Shown here piece after piece: positions 39,037 through 51,410 of a stretch of 64,000 nt of DNA. The notes beneath the pieces were generated by a model that was given only the letters and a program-made list of their open reading frames with translations, was not told the DNA's origin and did no database searches. Positions within the stretch are counted from its first letter, which is position 1; every line of letters begins with the position of its first letter. Source of the stretch: Callorhinchus milii (lineage: Eukaryota); assembly GCF_018977255.1 (NCBI RefSeq), contig NW_024704743.1, positions 33,730,001-33,794,000 of the forward strand, in the 5' to 3' direction. Both the position numbers and the translations under genes were made by a program.

Positions 39037-40060
39037 TACATTTTCATTATGTTTTGCCAGTCCACTGCAGTCATTTTACAGACCTTTATGCCCTCTGGTA
39101 TTTTAAGTAATCTTCTATTCACTGTAATGCTGTATCTGTTTCGTCAGTGCAGTGTTAAAGAAATACAATGGTTACTACTGATAGCTCCATTGGTAAAATC
39201 ACCTCGAGATGGGAACCATATACATCCAATAGGTCTCAGGTTTCATTCTGCATCTCTTCTGAGTTTGCTGATCTCACCTGGATCACAGGTTGGTGACTGT
39301 AATTGGCCTCATTGTCACTGGACAAGGAAGAGGTGAAAAATCCAGGGTCTTGTTCCTGATAACTGTCTGATGCATATATGTGGGTTCTTTGTGTGGACAG
39401 CATTGGGCTCAGCTGTGATGCTGCCCCCCCCCCCCACCCAACACACAAACACAGTCCGCTAACACTCGCTATCTGGTCTTCCACATGAGGAATATCTGAT
39501 GTAAATGTACTTGAGTAATGCTGGTTCCTTTGGAACAATACCTCAGAACGAGGTTGTGGTGGGAGATGGCGTGTGTGTATTTTGAGGACATGGGTGTTAT
39601 TGGGAGATAGTGGTAAGGGCGGTACACGGTTGTATCTCTGTATATCTGTTTGAGTTGCGGTCGAAGGATGAATGTTTTGAGAGTTGCTCTGTTGCCATCG
39701 TGCAATTATTACTGTCTGACTCGTGCGGAAACCCATCACCATGTTTAAGAGGACCCACACCACAATGAGAGTACCGTGCATCTCACCTACACGTGGAGAA
39801 ATACAGAGATAGCCTTTGTGTAATGATGTTGATGTGCGAGAGGGACTCTGAAAAGCCAGCTGGCGAGTGCCTTTGTGAACAATGGACAGTAGCTGAGGTG
39901 CAAGTGCTTCTGGAAGAGAGATGGCTCATGATTGACACTCACAGCCCACACGCTGGTAAAACCCGGAGATCACACATGAATATAGGATCCAGTGCCATGA
40001 ACCTCCTGTGGTCTGGTCTTTGGAGGGGTGACCTTACCACCTCTATCTTCCTTTCTCTAG

Positions 40061-40166
40061 GTATTGCATTCCTGCTGAGGAGAAGAACAAACTTGATGAA
40101 GTGGTGCACACCCTGCTGCAAGCTAATGGCACGTCAGGGCTGGATATGCTTGAAAGTAATATTATG
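40061..40166 (+). CDS. JARID2: JARID2 coding exon 13 (JmjC)
   Basis: [35 protein letters not shown]; ctctag| and ATG|gtaag; phase 2/0. Confidence 0.96.
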
Positions 40167-40755
40167 GTAAGAAAGAAAAGACCAGTCACAAAACTGTAAG
40201 AGTTCACATCTCGTCTGCAGCACTGGAACGGTGGATTTTGAACTGGGAGATTGCACTTCAGGCTTGCCTGATAACTAACTGCTGCTTTTGACAATTTGTG
40301 GTTCGATTTTTCTCAGCTTTGGTAAAATCGTCCTTGGACAAAGGGGGGGAAAAAAAGTCCTTCCTTCCTGATTAAGAATATGATGCGGCAGCATAATGCT
40401 CCCAAGGACAGATCCTTATGATGTCTTTTATGTTAATATTTATATTTATATCGTATGTATGTCTGCATTAAAATACAGGGCAGGCAAGGACAGCCTTGAG
40501 GTTGATCCAGTTGAAAAGACAGGAGTGCCTGTTAAAGCCAGGCAGGTGCGCAGCATCAAGCCTTTCTGCCTCATTGATGACGCTTCGAGGTGTAGGTGCC
40601 CTGGTCGAGGTGTCCTCCACCCTCCGAGCTAAAGCTGTCTTGAGCAGCAATGTCCTGCCTGGACAATTACTGGGAAAATCCGCATTGTTTTGTAAGCTGC
40701 ACAGTTGCATTACTTTTCCATTGTCAATGACTGATCAATGTGTGTCTCTTGCTAG

Positions 40756-40938
40756 ATTTCTCCAGAGATCCTGTGTAAGGAGGGGATCAAGGTGTATCGC
40801 ACTGTACAGCAGAGTGGACAGTTTATTGTGTGTTCCCCGGGGGCCTTTGTGTCTAAAGTATGCTGTGGCTACAGTGTTTCAGAAGCTGTGCATTTTGCTT
40901 CTACCCAGTGGCTAAACACAGGCTATGAAGCTGGTAAG
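40756..40938 (+). CDS. JARID2: JARID2 coding exon 14 (JmjC end)
   Basis: [61 protein letters not shown]; gctag| and AAG|gtaag; phase 0/0. Confidence 0.96.
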
Positions 40939-41372
40939 GTAAGAGACTCACTCATTATATATCCTATCGACACAAAGCATTTGTATCATCAGTTCTTTAA
41001 ATCGTTCTCTAATGCACCTTCAGTTGTTTTAAAAGTTGTCTTCCTGCTTGAAGCATGTCAACAGCAGACACCATTCTCCTCACAATTGTGGTCTGTGTGC
41101 TCTTCCCAAGATTGCATATCTCCTGGATGATTTGTGAAGGCTCACTCATGCTCAGTTTCCTTACATATACTCTACCTTAATACTGAGGTGGGCCTAGTAG
41201 GCAAGAGCCATCTCACGTCTCTCTGTTTCAGTTGCTATGCTACTCTCAGGCAGTGGTTCTCAGTTTCTTTGGGCTCAGGACCATTTGTAAATCTCGATGG
41301 CCTGTCGCAACCCAGTAAATAGCTTTAGTGCCAAAACACATCTGCTATATATCTTACCCACGATATATACTA

Positions 41373-41681
41373 TCCTGTAGTGTAGTGGTTAGCGAGCTTG
41401 CCTCGCAAGCGAGAGGGCCCGGGTTCGATTCCCAGATGGGGCAAAACCTTAGGCAAGTTTCCTTAATCTCCATGCCACTGTTTACCTAGCAGTAAGTAGG
41501 AACCCAGTCCTTAGTCGATTGGCAGATCACTTTCCAGGGGTAATAATCCCTTCAGAAAAAAAACAATAATTTGGTCGCTCATTCCACGACTGTTTGTGGG
41601 ACACTGCTGTGCTTTGAGATGTCTAGACGACATGACATCAAATGCAAGGATTATTATCATTATATTATTATAATTATTATC
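41373..41681 (+). mobile_element. SINE family A
   Basis: GGTTCGATTCC B box, GGCAAGTTTCCTTA core, ATT tail. Confidence 0.87.
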
Positions 41682-42389
41682 ATCAAGTCCTGCAATTCAC
41701 AATTCCAAAATTTTCTAAAGCAGTACCTTTGGCACATTCTGGCGACACAATCTTGTGTCATGACGCAAGGGATGAGCAATCCTGCTCTAGAGTATCACTG
41801 AGGCCCTTGTCTGCCACTGGTGTACTGTGCTCTTGAAATGCACAAAACAGAAAATATGAATATTAATATTATTACTGCATTAAAATAGATCAATATTAAA
41901 TGGGGACCTTTCTCTGGATCAACACATCAATTTTTACCATATTAGTCTTCGTTGGGAGTAGGGAAACAACTTGATCTTCCTATGATCTTGTTTGTTTAGG
42001 TGAAGAGAGATTGTCTATCACCAGGAGGTTGTGCAGACAATAAAGTCTCAATTGAAGTGTATATTAATGGGATCCTTTTATAAGGAATCTGAGCTGCATC
42101 AATAGGGTCTTCTTCCATTACCGGATTTGCATCACACTGACTCGGGGGAATTCTGCTCTGACATAATGTTTATCTAGATCCACAGGAAATCCTGTTAAAT
42201 ACTGCAAATTTATCCCTAATGGCAACTGAGTTGTCAAGTAACTAATTGTGTTTTATATATTTTAAGTCTAGATAACTTTCTTTAGATTCCAAACAGAACA
42301 AATTGAAAGCTGTTGCCTGGGATATCTTGCACTGTGTTGTGGTTCTCTGCATTATCTGACGGGGCTGCTTTTTATTGTGTTCTGTACAG

Positions 42390-42520
42390 GACTTGAAACG
42401 TCGATTCATCGCTAATGCTTTTTCAATGGAGAAACTGCTTTATCTGATGGCGACAGCTGAGTCTAAGCGGGAAAGTGGATCGAAGCTGAGTCATATCTCT
42501 TCACTTCTGAAAGAACTCAG
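42390..42520 (+). CDS. JARID2: JARID2 coding exon 15
   Basis: DLKRRFIANAFSMEKLLYLMATAESKRESGSKLSHISSLLKEL(R); tacag| and AG|gtatc; phase 0/2. Confidence 0.94.
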
Positions 42521-42929
42521 GTATCGTCTAAATATCGCACATAACATTGAAACCCAGCTTCCTGAGTGAGAGAGCCCTGGTGTCTGGTAACGGCACTTGG
42601 CAGATGGTCTTTTCCTCAGCAGCTGAATGGGTGATGCTGTGTTTCCCTTTGAGATGTGCTGTCGCCTGCAGTCCCAATTCTGGATGCTTCTGCCTCCTGA
42701 GGTGCGGAAAGCCATCTCGGTATCATCACTACACTCAGCATTGACGCTAGTGATGACAGCCAGCATTATGTGCACAGCAGTGTCCCATGAACAGCCGTGA
42801 AGTGAATGACCAATTTAACTGTTGGCCAGGACACTAGGAGAAAACTTCTCTTTTTAAAGAATTGCATGAGACTTTTAGCATCCGCCTGAACGGGCAGCTC
42901 GCCTTAACATCTCATTTGAAATACTTGAA

Positions 42930-43037
42930 GAAAGAGTTGGGAAGTGGGACTGATTGGGCAGGTCTTCCATACAGCTGGCTCAGGTACGATGGGCCGAATG
43001 GCCTCCTTCTGTGCTGTAATATTAGGTGATTCTATGG
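42930..43037 (+). mobile_element. CR1 3' tail fragment
   Basis: GATGGGCCGAATGGCCTCCTTCTGTGCTGT...ATTCTATG tail. Confidence 0.65.
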
Positions 43038-44032
43038 GACCCCGACAATGCAGTTTCCCCATGCAGTGTACTGGGACAGTGTTACGTTGTCGGACTGTTC
43101 CAATACCATAAAGAGAAAATGAATGGTCAGTATTCAATCAGAAGCAGTGGCTTACAAGTGAAATGGAAGTTTTGAGAGTTAATGTATCAGTGGATGGGAG
43201 GCTGCTCTCGCTATAATCTACTTGGGTCTTTGAGAGGTCAAAGGGTCCACAGTGAAGGGCTTTCTTTCGCTTAGTCGGCTACAGTACCTAGCAGACAGTG
43301 TGTTTTCCAGTATCAGATGGCTCAGGTTTGGCTCTCAGACCATTCCTCAGTTGCCAGACCCCATTAAAAGTGAATTGAGTCCCTTCCCTATACTGCGGCC
43401 TCTGGAGCAACTCCAGAGGGAAAGAGCCCAAACATCAGGTCTCACAGGCTGGAAACGCAGTCTATCAATCAGCGGTTCAATAAGTATAAGATTATCTTTC
43501 ATTCACATAACGTTGAGGGGAGGGAGAGCAGTAATGACTCCTCTTAGACTCTTCTTCCTCTTTTAAAAGGTCTGAATATTTTGTAGTGGGATTGAGAATT
43601 GATCTTTGTCCCTGCATGGCTACCGGATCTAAGATAAATGGCTCCTAGTCTTTCAGAGTTATCATTAAATACCTTTTTGAGTACACAACATAGATTATCC
43701 CCTTCCAAATCCAGTCCAGCAGGGCTGAGTGCCAGGTCAGTTTAAATTGCGTGCAGTGCAGTTTTAAAAAAATATTTTATTGTGGTATGCGTTTGAATGC
43801 CTCGTTGCAGTAAAAATGCCATGAACTTTATTTGAACTTTTTTATAGAAAAATAGTATTAAACGTCTTTAAAAAAAATTTCTTTGTAGAAAAATAGTTTC
43901 TTTTACATAGAATTATAGCACAGAAACAGGACATTCGGTCCAACTGGTCTATGCCGGCATTTATGCTCCACATGTAGTCTCCTCCTGCTCTTCCTCAACT
44001 AAGCTTTCAAGCATAACCTTCTATTCCTTTCT

Positions 44033-45463
44033 TCGCCCTGGTCAAGGTCACCAATGATATCCTGACCATCTGTGACCAGGGCTCCCTCTGCCTCCTCGTC
44101 CTCCTCGACCTATCGGCAGCATTCGATACGGTCGACCACTCTATCCTACTCCACCGCTTGTCCTCCCACCTCAACCTTCAAGGCACTGTCCTTGAATGGT
44201 TTAGGTCGTACCTTTCTCACCGTCTTCACTTTGTCTCGACGAATGGCTTCTCCTCCACCCCCCGCACTGTCTCATGTGGTGTCCCTCAGGGCTCTGTCCT
44301 CGGTCCCCTCCTCTTAACCCTCTATATGCTCCCCCTTGGTGACATCATCCGCAGACATGGAGTTAACTTCCACATGTATGCGGATGACATCCAACTCTAC
44401 CTTTCCTCCTCTACTCTCAACTCCACGACCACCGATGTCCTGACAGCCTGCCTGTCCGACATCGAGTCCTGGACGAGAGACAACTTTCTTCAGCTCAACG
44501 TGCGAAAAACCGAGGCCCTCCTGATTGGCTCACGTCAGCGCCTCCGCACCTCAGGCGCTGACACCATCAGCATCCAAGGCTGCACTCTCCACCTCTCAAA
44601 GCCAGTCAGGAACCTCGGCGTTTTGTTCGACCCTGAGCTGTCCTTTCTCCCTCACATCCGCACCACAACTGGCACCGCCTTCCATCACCTCCAGAACATC
44701 GCCAGACTACGGCACTACCTCACCCCTCACGCTGCTGAAACCCTGGTCCACGCCTTTGTACCTCAAGGCTGGACTATGGGAACTCTCTCCTCGCCGGCCT
44801 TCCCGCCACCTCCCTCCACAAGCTGCAGGTCATTCAGAACTCTGCAGCTCGTGTACTGTCCCGCACCAGGCTTCGGGACCACATCACTCCCACCCTCGCT
44901 CGCCTCCACTGGCTCCCCATCCCCCAGAGGATTGATTTCAAGATCCTCATCCTCAGCTACAAGGCCATTCACGGCCTTGCTCCCTCCTACCTCTCTGATC
45001 TACTATCCCCCTACCTACCTGCCCGTACCCTCCGTTCCTCTGGCTCTGGTCTGCTCCACGTCCCCCGCCCCAACCGCCCTACCATCGGTGGTCGGGCCTT
45101 CAGCCTCTCAGCCCCGAGGCTCTGGAACTCCATCCCCCAGTGCCTTCGCCGCCTCCTCCCTTTCCTCCTTCAAGGCCGGTCTCAAGACCTTTCTCTTTGA
45201 CCGAGCCTTCAGCTCCCCTCTCGACTCTCTTCCCCCTCCTCGCTCCCTCCCTTCCCTCCCCTCACCCTGACCATTTCCCCCCTCCTCGCTCCCTCCCTTC
45301 CCTCCCCTCACCCTGACCATTTCCCCCCTCCTCGCTCCCTCCCTTCCCTCCCCTCACCCTGACCATTTCCCCCTGCTCGGGTCATGACCCAACTGTGCAG
45401 CGCCTTGGGACGTCCTCCTGACGTGAAAGGCGCTTTATAAATGGAATCTTGTTGTTGTTGTTG
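44033..45463 (+). mobile_element. Relatively young L2-clade LINE, 5'-truncated, nested in a CR1
   Basis: [39 protein letters not shown] motifs; single-base frameshift near 44760; (TTG)n tail. Confidence 0.93.
45232..45373 (+). repeat. 46-bp C-rich tandem repeat x3 inside the L2 3'UTR
   Basis: CGCTCCCTCCCTTCCCTCCCCTCACCCTGACCATTTCCCCC units start at 45241, 45287 and 45333. Confidence 0.9.
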
Positions 45464-48400
45464 TATCTAGTGTCCCCTTAAATGCATCTCTGCTTTCGCC
45501 TCAACTACTCCTTGTAGTAGCAAGTTCTACATTTCCACCACTCTCTGGGTAACAAAGTTTCTTTTGACTTCCCTATTTGATTTATCGGTGACTATTTTAT
45601 ATTGATGGCCCCTGGTTTTGGTCTCCCCCACAAGTGGAAACATCTTCTCTATGTCTACCCTATCAAAACATTTCATAATTTTAAAGACCTCTATCAGGTC
45701 ACCCCTTATCCTCTTTTCAAGAGAAAAGACTTCAAGCTTGTTCAGGCTTTCCTAATAGGTATAACTTCGCAGTTCCAGTATAATTGTAAATTTCCTTTGC
45801 ACCCTCTCCAGTGCCTCTATATCCATTCTATAATTATGAGAACCAGAACTGTACACAGTTCTCCCAAGTGTGGTCTAACCAAGGTTTAATATAAGTTTAG
45901 CATAATTTCCCTGCTTTTCATTTCTATCCCTCTAGAAATGAACCCCAAAGCTTGGTTTTCTTTTTTATGGCCTTGTTAACCTGTGTTGCTACTTTGTGAT
46001 TAGAGATTTGTGTATTTGTACCCCTTTGCTCCTCTACCCCAATTAGGTTATTATTTTCCAGGCCATATGTGATCTCCTTATTCTTCCTACCAAAATGTAC
46101 CACCTCACACGTATCTATATTGAAATGCATTTGCCATTTAAATGCCCATTCAACAAGTTTTGCTGTAATTTGTTGCAGTCCTCCTCTATATTAACTACTC
46201 CACCCAATTTGGTATCGTCTGCAAATTTTGAAATTGTACTTTTGATCCCCGAGTCCAAATCATTAATGTATATTGTGAACAACAGTGGTCCCAATACCGA
46301 TCCTTGTGGAATACCACTGCCCATCCCCTGCCAGTCTGAGTAGCTACACGTTACCCCTACTTTCTGTTTTGTAGCCAGCTTGCTATCCATTCTGCTACTT
46401 TTCCTCGGACTCCACATACTCTGACCTAACTTGTTAGTCTATTATGTAACTTATCGAACGCCTTTTGGAAATCCCAATATATTATATCTACCACGTTACC
46501 CTTGTCTACTCTTTCTGTTACCCCTTCAAAGAATTCAATGAGGTTGGTCGAGCATGACCTTCCTTTTTGAAATCCGTGCTGACTATTCTTTATTATGTTT
46601 TCCGTTTCTAGATGTTTTTCTATTACCTCTTTCAGTAAAGATTCCATTATCTTTCCTACCACCGATGTTAAGCTGACAGGTCTATAGTTCCCTGGATTTG
46701 TTCCATCTCCCTTTTTAAATATAGGTATAACATTAGGTATCCTCCAGTCCTCTGGCACTACTCCCTTTTCTAATGAATTATTTTATATATATATAATAGT
46801 GACTCTGCTATCTATCCCTTGATTCTTTTAATATATGCGGATGCAATCCATCTGGACCAGGGGTTTTATTCTCCCTGAGTTTGGTTAGTTTATTGATTAT
46901 CACCGTCCTTTTTATCTTAAATGTACTTATATCTTCTTCTACTATCATGTCCACTTGATCTGTCCCCCTGGTGAATTCTGAGGCAAAGTAATTATTCAAT
47001 ATTTCTGCCATTTCGCTGTCACGGCCCCTGAGTTTATCTTGCCCATCCCTTAGTGGCCCTATTTTATTTGGATTTTTCTTTTGTTATTTATGTCTGTAGA
47101 ATATTTTACTATTTCTTTTTACATTCCTTGATAATTTAACTTCATAATTCCTCTTTGCCTTCCTGATAGTTTTCTTGACTATTTTCCTGACCTCCTCGTA
47201 TTCTTATTGGTCATGCTCTCCCTTGTTGTTTATGTACTTAGTGAACAGCCTCTTTCCTCAGCCTAAACTTTGCCCTTATGTCTTTATTCATCCACGGTGT
47301 CTCATTATTGTTTAGCTTTGTCTTGTTTTTTAGCAGAACATATTTCTCCTGGACTCTATTGATCACAGTTCTAAATGGTTCCCACTGGTGCTCTATCTCT
47401 TTGTTTGCCAATATTGTTTTGCAGTTTATTTTATTTTCTAGTTTATTTATTCTCATCCCCTTAAAATCAGCTTTTTTCCAATCTATTACCCTGGTCTTTG
47501 TCATACTCATGTCCTTCTCAATCCATAGTTTAACCCTTATTAAATAATGGTCACCATTGCCTAGATGTTCCCCTACTCGTACTTCTCTTATCTGCTCTGG
47601 TTCATTTCCTATTACTAAATCCACCAGGGATTCCTCCCTTGTTGGGCTTCTTACATACTAGGTAAGAAAGGAGTACTGTACACATTAAAGGAACTCCATT
47701 CCCTTACCCCCTTTACCACCCTGTTCCAGCCAATGTATTTGGGGGTGGTTGAAATCCCCCTGATTATTACTCTGTCTTTTACTCATTTCCCTTATTTGCT
47801 TGCATGTTTCTTCCTGTACCTCCCTTCCACTATTAGGTGGTATGTAGAGAACCCCTATTTGTATAATTGATTCCTTTTATCTTTTATCTATATCTACACA
47901 GATATTGTGTCTATCTTACTGACTGTTATGTCCCTTTTTTCTACTGCCATAATGTTATCCCTAATAAGTACAGCTACTCCACCACCCTTTTTCCCGCCTC
48001 TATCCTTTCTAAATATGTTATCCCTACTCTATCTGGTTCCTCACTACGAATTATTGTCTGCAGTTCTCTTTGTTTTATTTCAGATGCTGTGCACATTGCT
48101 GTACAGACAGTTTAATTCGTTTTTATAAGTTGTTCCTCTCACTTTATTTTTGACACTTCTGTTCTATAATTGTATTAATTCCCTGACCACATATGTTCTC
48201 CTTATTCCTTAGTTTTATCTAAACTATACTCTCATCTCCTACTTCCTTTATATTTGGGTTTATGTCATTTCCTCCTGATCCCTCCCCACAATTTACTAGT
48301 TTAAAGCTTTCGCCGCAGCCCTATTTGCCTGTTCTTCTGGGGTGTGACTGAGTTCTGGATAAAACTGTCCAGAAATTCCTCCCCCTTTCTTATTAGTGTG

Positions 48401-49042
48401 TCTAACCCGCACTCCAGCTCAATGATTCTGAGCCGGAGTGTGTCAAACCAGAGACATTTCCTGTAGACATGATAGACCGGGACAGTGTCACAGCCCACAG
48501 ACTCCTATATACTGCATTCCCGACACACTGCCTGTGCTGTCATTTCTACTTATTTTATTAGTTATTTATGTAGTTCAACCTCTGCATCTAATTCCCACTC
48601 TCACCCAATTCCTTCTCATTCCAGTCCCAGCTCACTCCGTTGGGTTTGACTTTTTTTTGCTGGAGTCAAACATCTTTTACAGTAAACCTCAAATCAGTCA
48701 TATCAGTTGGGACCATACGTTTAATATGGCTTATGCAAAGTAGGAATTATGTCCAACTCGCATAGAGTATGAACTCTTGAACACAAGTTTTACTGTACCT
48801 TTTAAAAGCAGTGGTTCATAATTTGTCCCTTAACATGATTTATAAACTGCCATAAACCTACTCCTGAAGGCAGCTGAGCTGGTGCTGCAATATCTGCGCA
48901 GTGTGACTATGTATATAAAGTGTGTGTGTGAGGGGCGGGAGGGTCAGGTGTACACAGAGCACCTGCGGGATTGCTGTGTTCAGTGTGAGCGACTGGCTGA
49001 CACTGAGCCGTGTAAGTAACGTGCATTCCCATCTTCACACAG

Positions 49043-49226
49043 GGATTCAGAGTTGAAACAGCGACAGCAGCTGTTTGAAGCGGGTTTGCATTCGTCAGCT
49101 CGTTACGGCAGCCACGACAGTCACCTGTCCATGATGGATATGAAGAAGAAACCACGCAAGTGGTTGGCGTCAGAAACGTCGGAGCGGAGATGTCAGATTT
49201 GCCAGCAGCTGTGTTACCTCTCCATG
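49043..49226 (+). CDS. JARID2: JARID2 coding exon 16 (start of zinc finger)
   Basis: [25 protein letters not shown]...[16 protein letters not shown]; cacag| and ATG|gtgagt; phase 2/0. Confidence 0.96.
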
Positions 49227-50424
49227 GTGAGTGCTGGTTGGTGTGGCAGTGGCAGCCTAAGCTCAGAAGCAGCAGATGTATGTCCAAGCCCGACTGCAGT
49301 TGAAACATTTAGCACTTAGACAACCACAAATCAATTTTCCTCATCCTCGCTCTCACTGAAGGTTCATTTCCCCCAGTTTGCCCCCTGGCCCAGATTAATA
49401 CCAATCAGTGCGGCACTCTTTAAGGAACAAAGTGAGTCGCCTCTCGCTGCCAGGGGGGCGTAAGTGATATCAACGGTTATGAACATTTTGCCCAGTGTTT
49501 CCAGACTCGGGAAAGCTAGAATCAGGCCTGGTGCTTCCTTACCTGTGTCCTGTGACCGTTCCTGGGAAATTCACATTTAGTGCTGTTGGGTGCAGACTAG
49601 GCTTCCATTGCTTGGGGCACCATAAAAGATCACATTCCCCTGTTGGTTCTCTCTGCCCATTCTCCCCCAGGTTACATTGGCTTGTTAATGCTCTACGTCC
49701 AGGTTCTCTCTCTGTTTGGATAGTTGCTATCTCAGGCATGAGACCCAACTTCCTGGCGAGAAGAGACCAAAGACTGAGAAATACCAGATATTTAGCCGAC
49801 CTCCTTATTCCTCAGCCACAGGCTTGATTTGCATTGACTGAGAAGTATTTTGCAGTGTAGTGTGCAGGTTTTGATTTGCAATTTCCTATCTGAGCTTTCA
49901 CATCAATACTGTTGGAGTTTATGGATGCAGGATTGCCTCAAACCATTTTCCCCTTTACTTTGAAACAGTAGAAGCTGTAATTCAGGCTCAGGTCTTCCAA
50001 GCCAATGCACAGCTGCAAGTCAGCCAAATCTTTGTCTTAAATTGATGGGCCTTGATCTGTTAACTGATGACAGATCTGTTTGATCTGACTTTGTAGATGT
50101 ATGGAAACTGCCTGAAGTAGCATTTTTATAGATGTTCTAAGTGGATTGCTTGGAAAGCCACAAAGTAGTCATTGCCTTGGAGAAGTTGTGTTTGTTGTCT
50201 TGTAATAATGGACTGTCTGTTCCAGGCTACTCTTTGAAAGAAGCTTCTCCTGTCACTGACTTCCCTCTCCTCCCTCCTGGCCCCAATAGAAACTAGCAAC
50301 CTTTCAGATTTTTTTTAGTCTGGACAAAACTAGACTAGCCCTGGATTTACGGATCAGAAGAGAAAAATGGAAAAGTGATCTGCTGCACACTATCGACAGA
50401 AGTCTTATCGTGGGTTGAAGATGA

Positions 50425-50532
50425 TGTTTCGCCCACAGAATATACAGTCAATTCATTTTACAGTATATTCTATGAAGCTCTTTGAGACGTCTACAAGACG
50501 TGATAAGGTGCTATATCAAATGGAAGTATTAT
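50425..50532 (+). mobile_element. 5'-truncated SINE family A
   Basis: TGTTTCGCCCACAGAATATACAGTCAATTC...GACGTCTACAAGACGTGATAAGG...TATTATT. Confidence 0.8.
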
Positions 50533-50746
50533 TGTAGGTTTGCCTTGAGACAGAAATGGAAATAATTTTGAGACTGTTCTCAGTAAGTAAGGTATGGCAA
50601 CCATTTCTGCTGCACAGTAGGACAAACCTTACAGATTCACTTTTTTGCCTCCTCCCCGAGCCCCATTGCAGTTAGATAGATGCAAACATTAGAAATCCAA
50701 TGTAACATTTTAGGATTGTTTCTGAAGCGAATGTAATAATTACTGA

Positions 50747-50878
<132 letters not shown>

Positions 50879-51036
50879 TAGTAAATGTATATATTCTCTT
50901 GTGTTTTTATATTCCCTGTAATGAGAGGGCACTACAAGGTTGGGTAGGGGCCATCTGAAGTGATTTCCTTTGATGTTTTGGCCTCCCAGAGGAAGTCTGC
51001 CCACAATGTAGGGATTAGAAGCTTCCGTTCAGCTGT

Positions 51037-51410
51037 GAGTCCTGCAGCGTAGTGGCTAGAGCATTTGCTTCACAAGCGAGAGGTCCCGGGTTCAATTCCC
51101 AAGCAGATTGAAACCTTGGGGAAGTTTCCTTACTCCACACGTCTGTTTACCTAGCATTTCTAAGTTAAGGTAAGTAGAAACCTAGTTGTTAGACGATTGC
51201 TGGATTGCTTTCCAGGGAAATAATCCCTTTAAAATAAATAATTAAATAATAATTTGGTCATTCAATCCACGGCTGTTTGTGGGACACTGCTGTGCACAAT
51301 TGGCTGCAGTGTTTCATCCACAAAATATAGTCAATTCACTTGACAGTATATCCTGTGAAGCGCTTTGAGACATGTCAATGAATATCAAATGCAAGGATTA
51401 TTATTATAAT
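51037..51410 (+). mobile_element. SINE family A, full length
   Basis: GAGTCCTGCAGCGTAGTGG head, GGTTCAATTCC B box, core and tail. Confidence 0.88.

Larger units (their letters stand above)
43905..48545 (-). mobile_element. Near full-length decayed CR1/L3-clade LINE (ORF1 remnant, APE endonuclease, RT, 3' tail), interrupted by the L2 at 44033-45463
   Basis: Minus-strand fragments DLVIGNEPEQI..HLGNGDH (endonuclease), [59 protein letters not shown]1-like LRIIELE..LD at 48301-48498; CR1 tail at 43905-44030. Confidence 0.9.

Noticed and set aside
38749..39336. 195-aa ORF and the other short ORFs in the track
   Set aside because: No homology or splice support; they cross microsatellites or repeats and are expected by chance.
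41373..41445. tRNA-like sequence (also 30682, 51037 and 28560-28641)
   Set aside because: tRNA-derived SINE heads that continue into SINE body; not tRNA genes.
44158..45270. 370-aa ORF (also 2019-2534 and 24052-25386)
   Set aside because: Frameshifted L2 reverse-transcriptase remnants, not host genes; the Pro/Ser-rich tails are out-of-frame translations.
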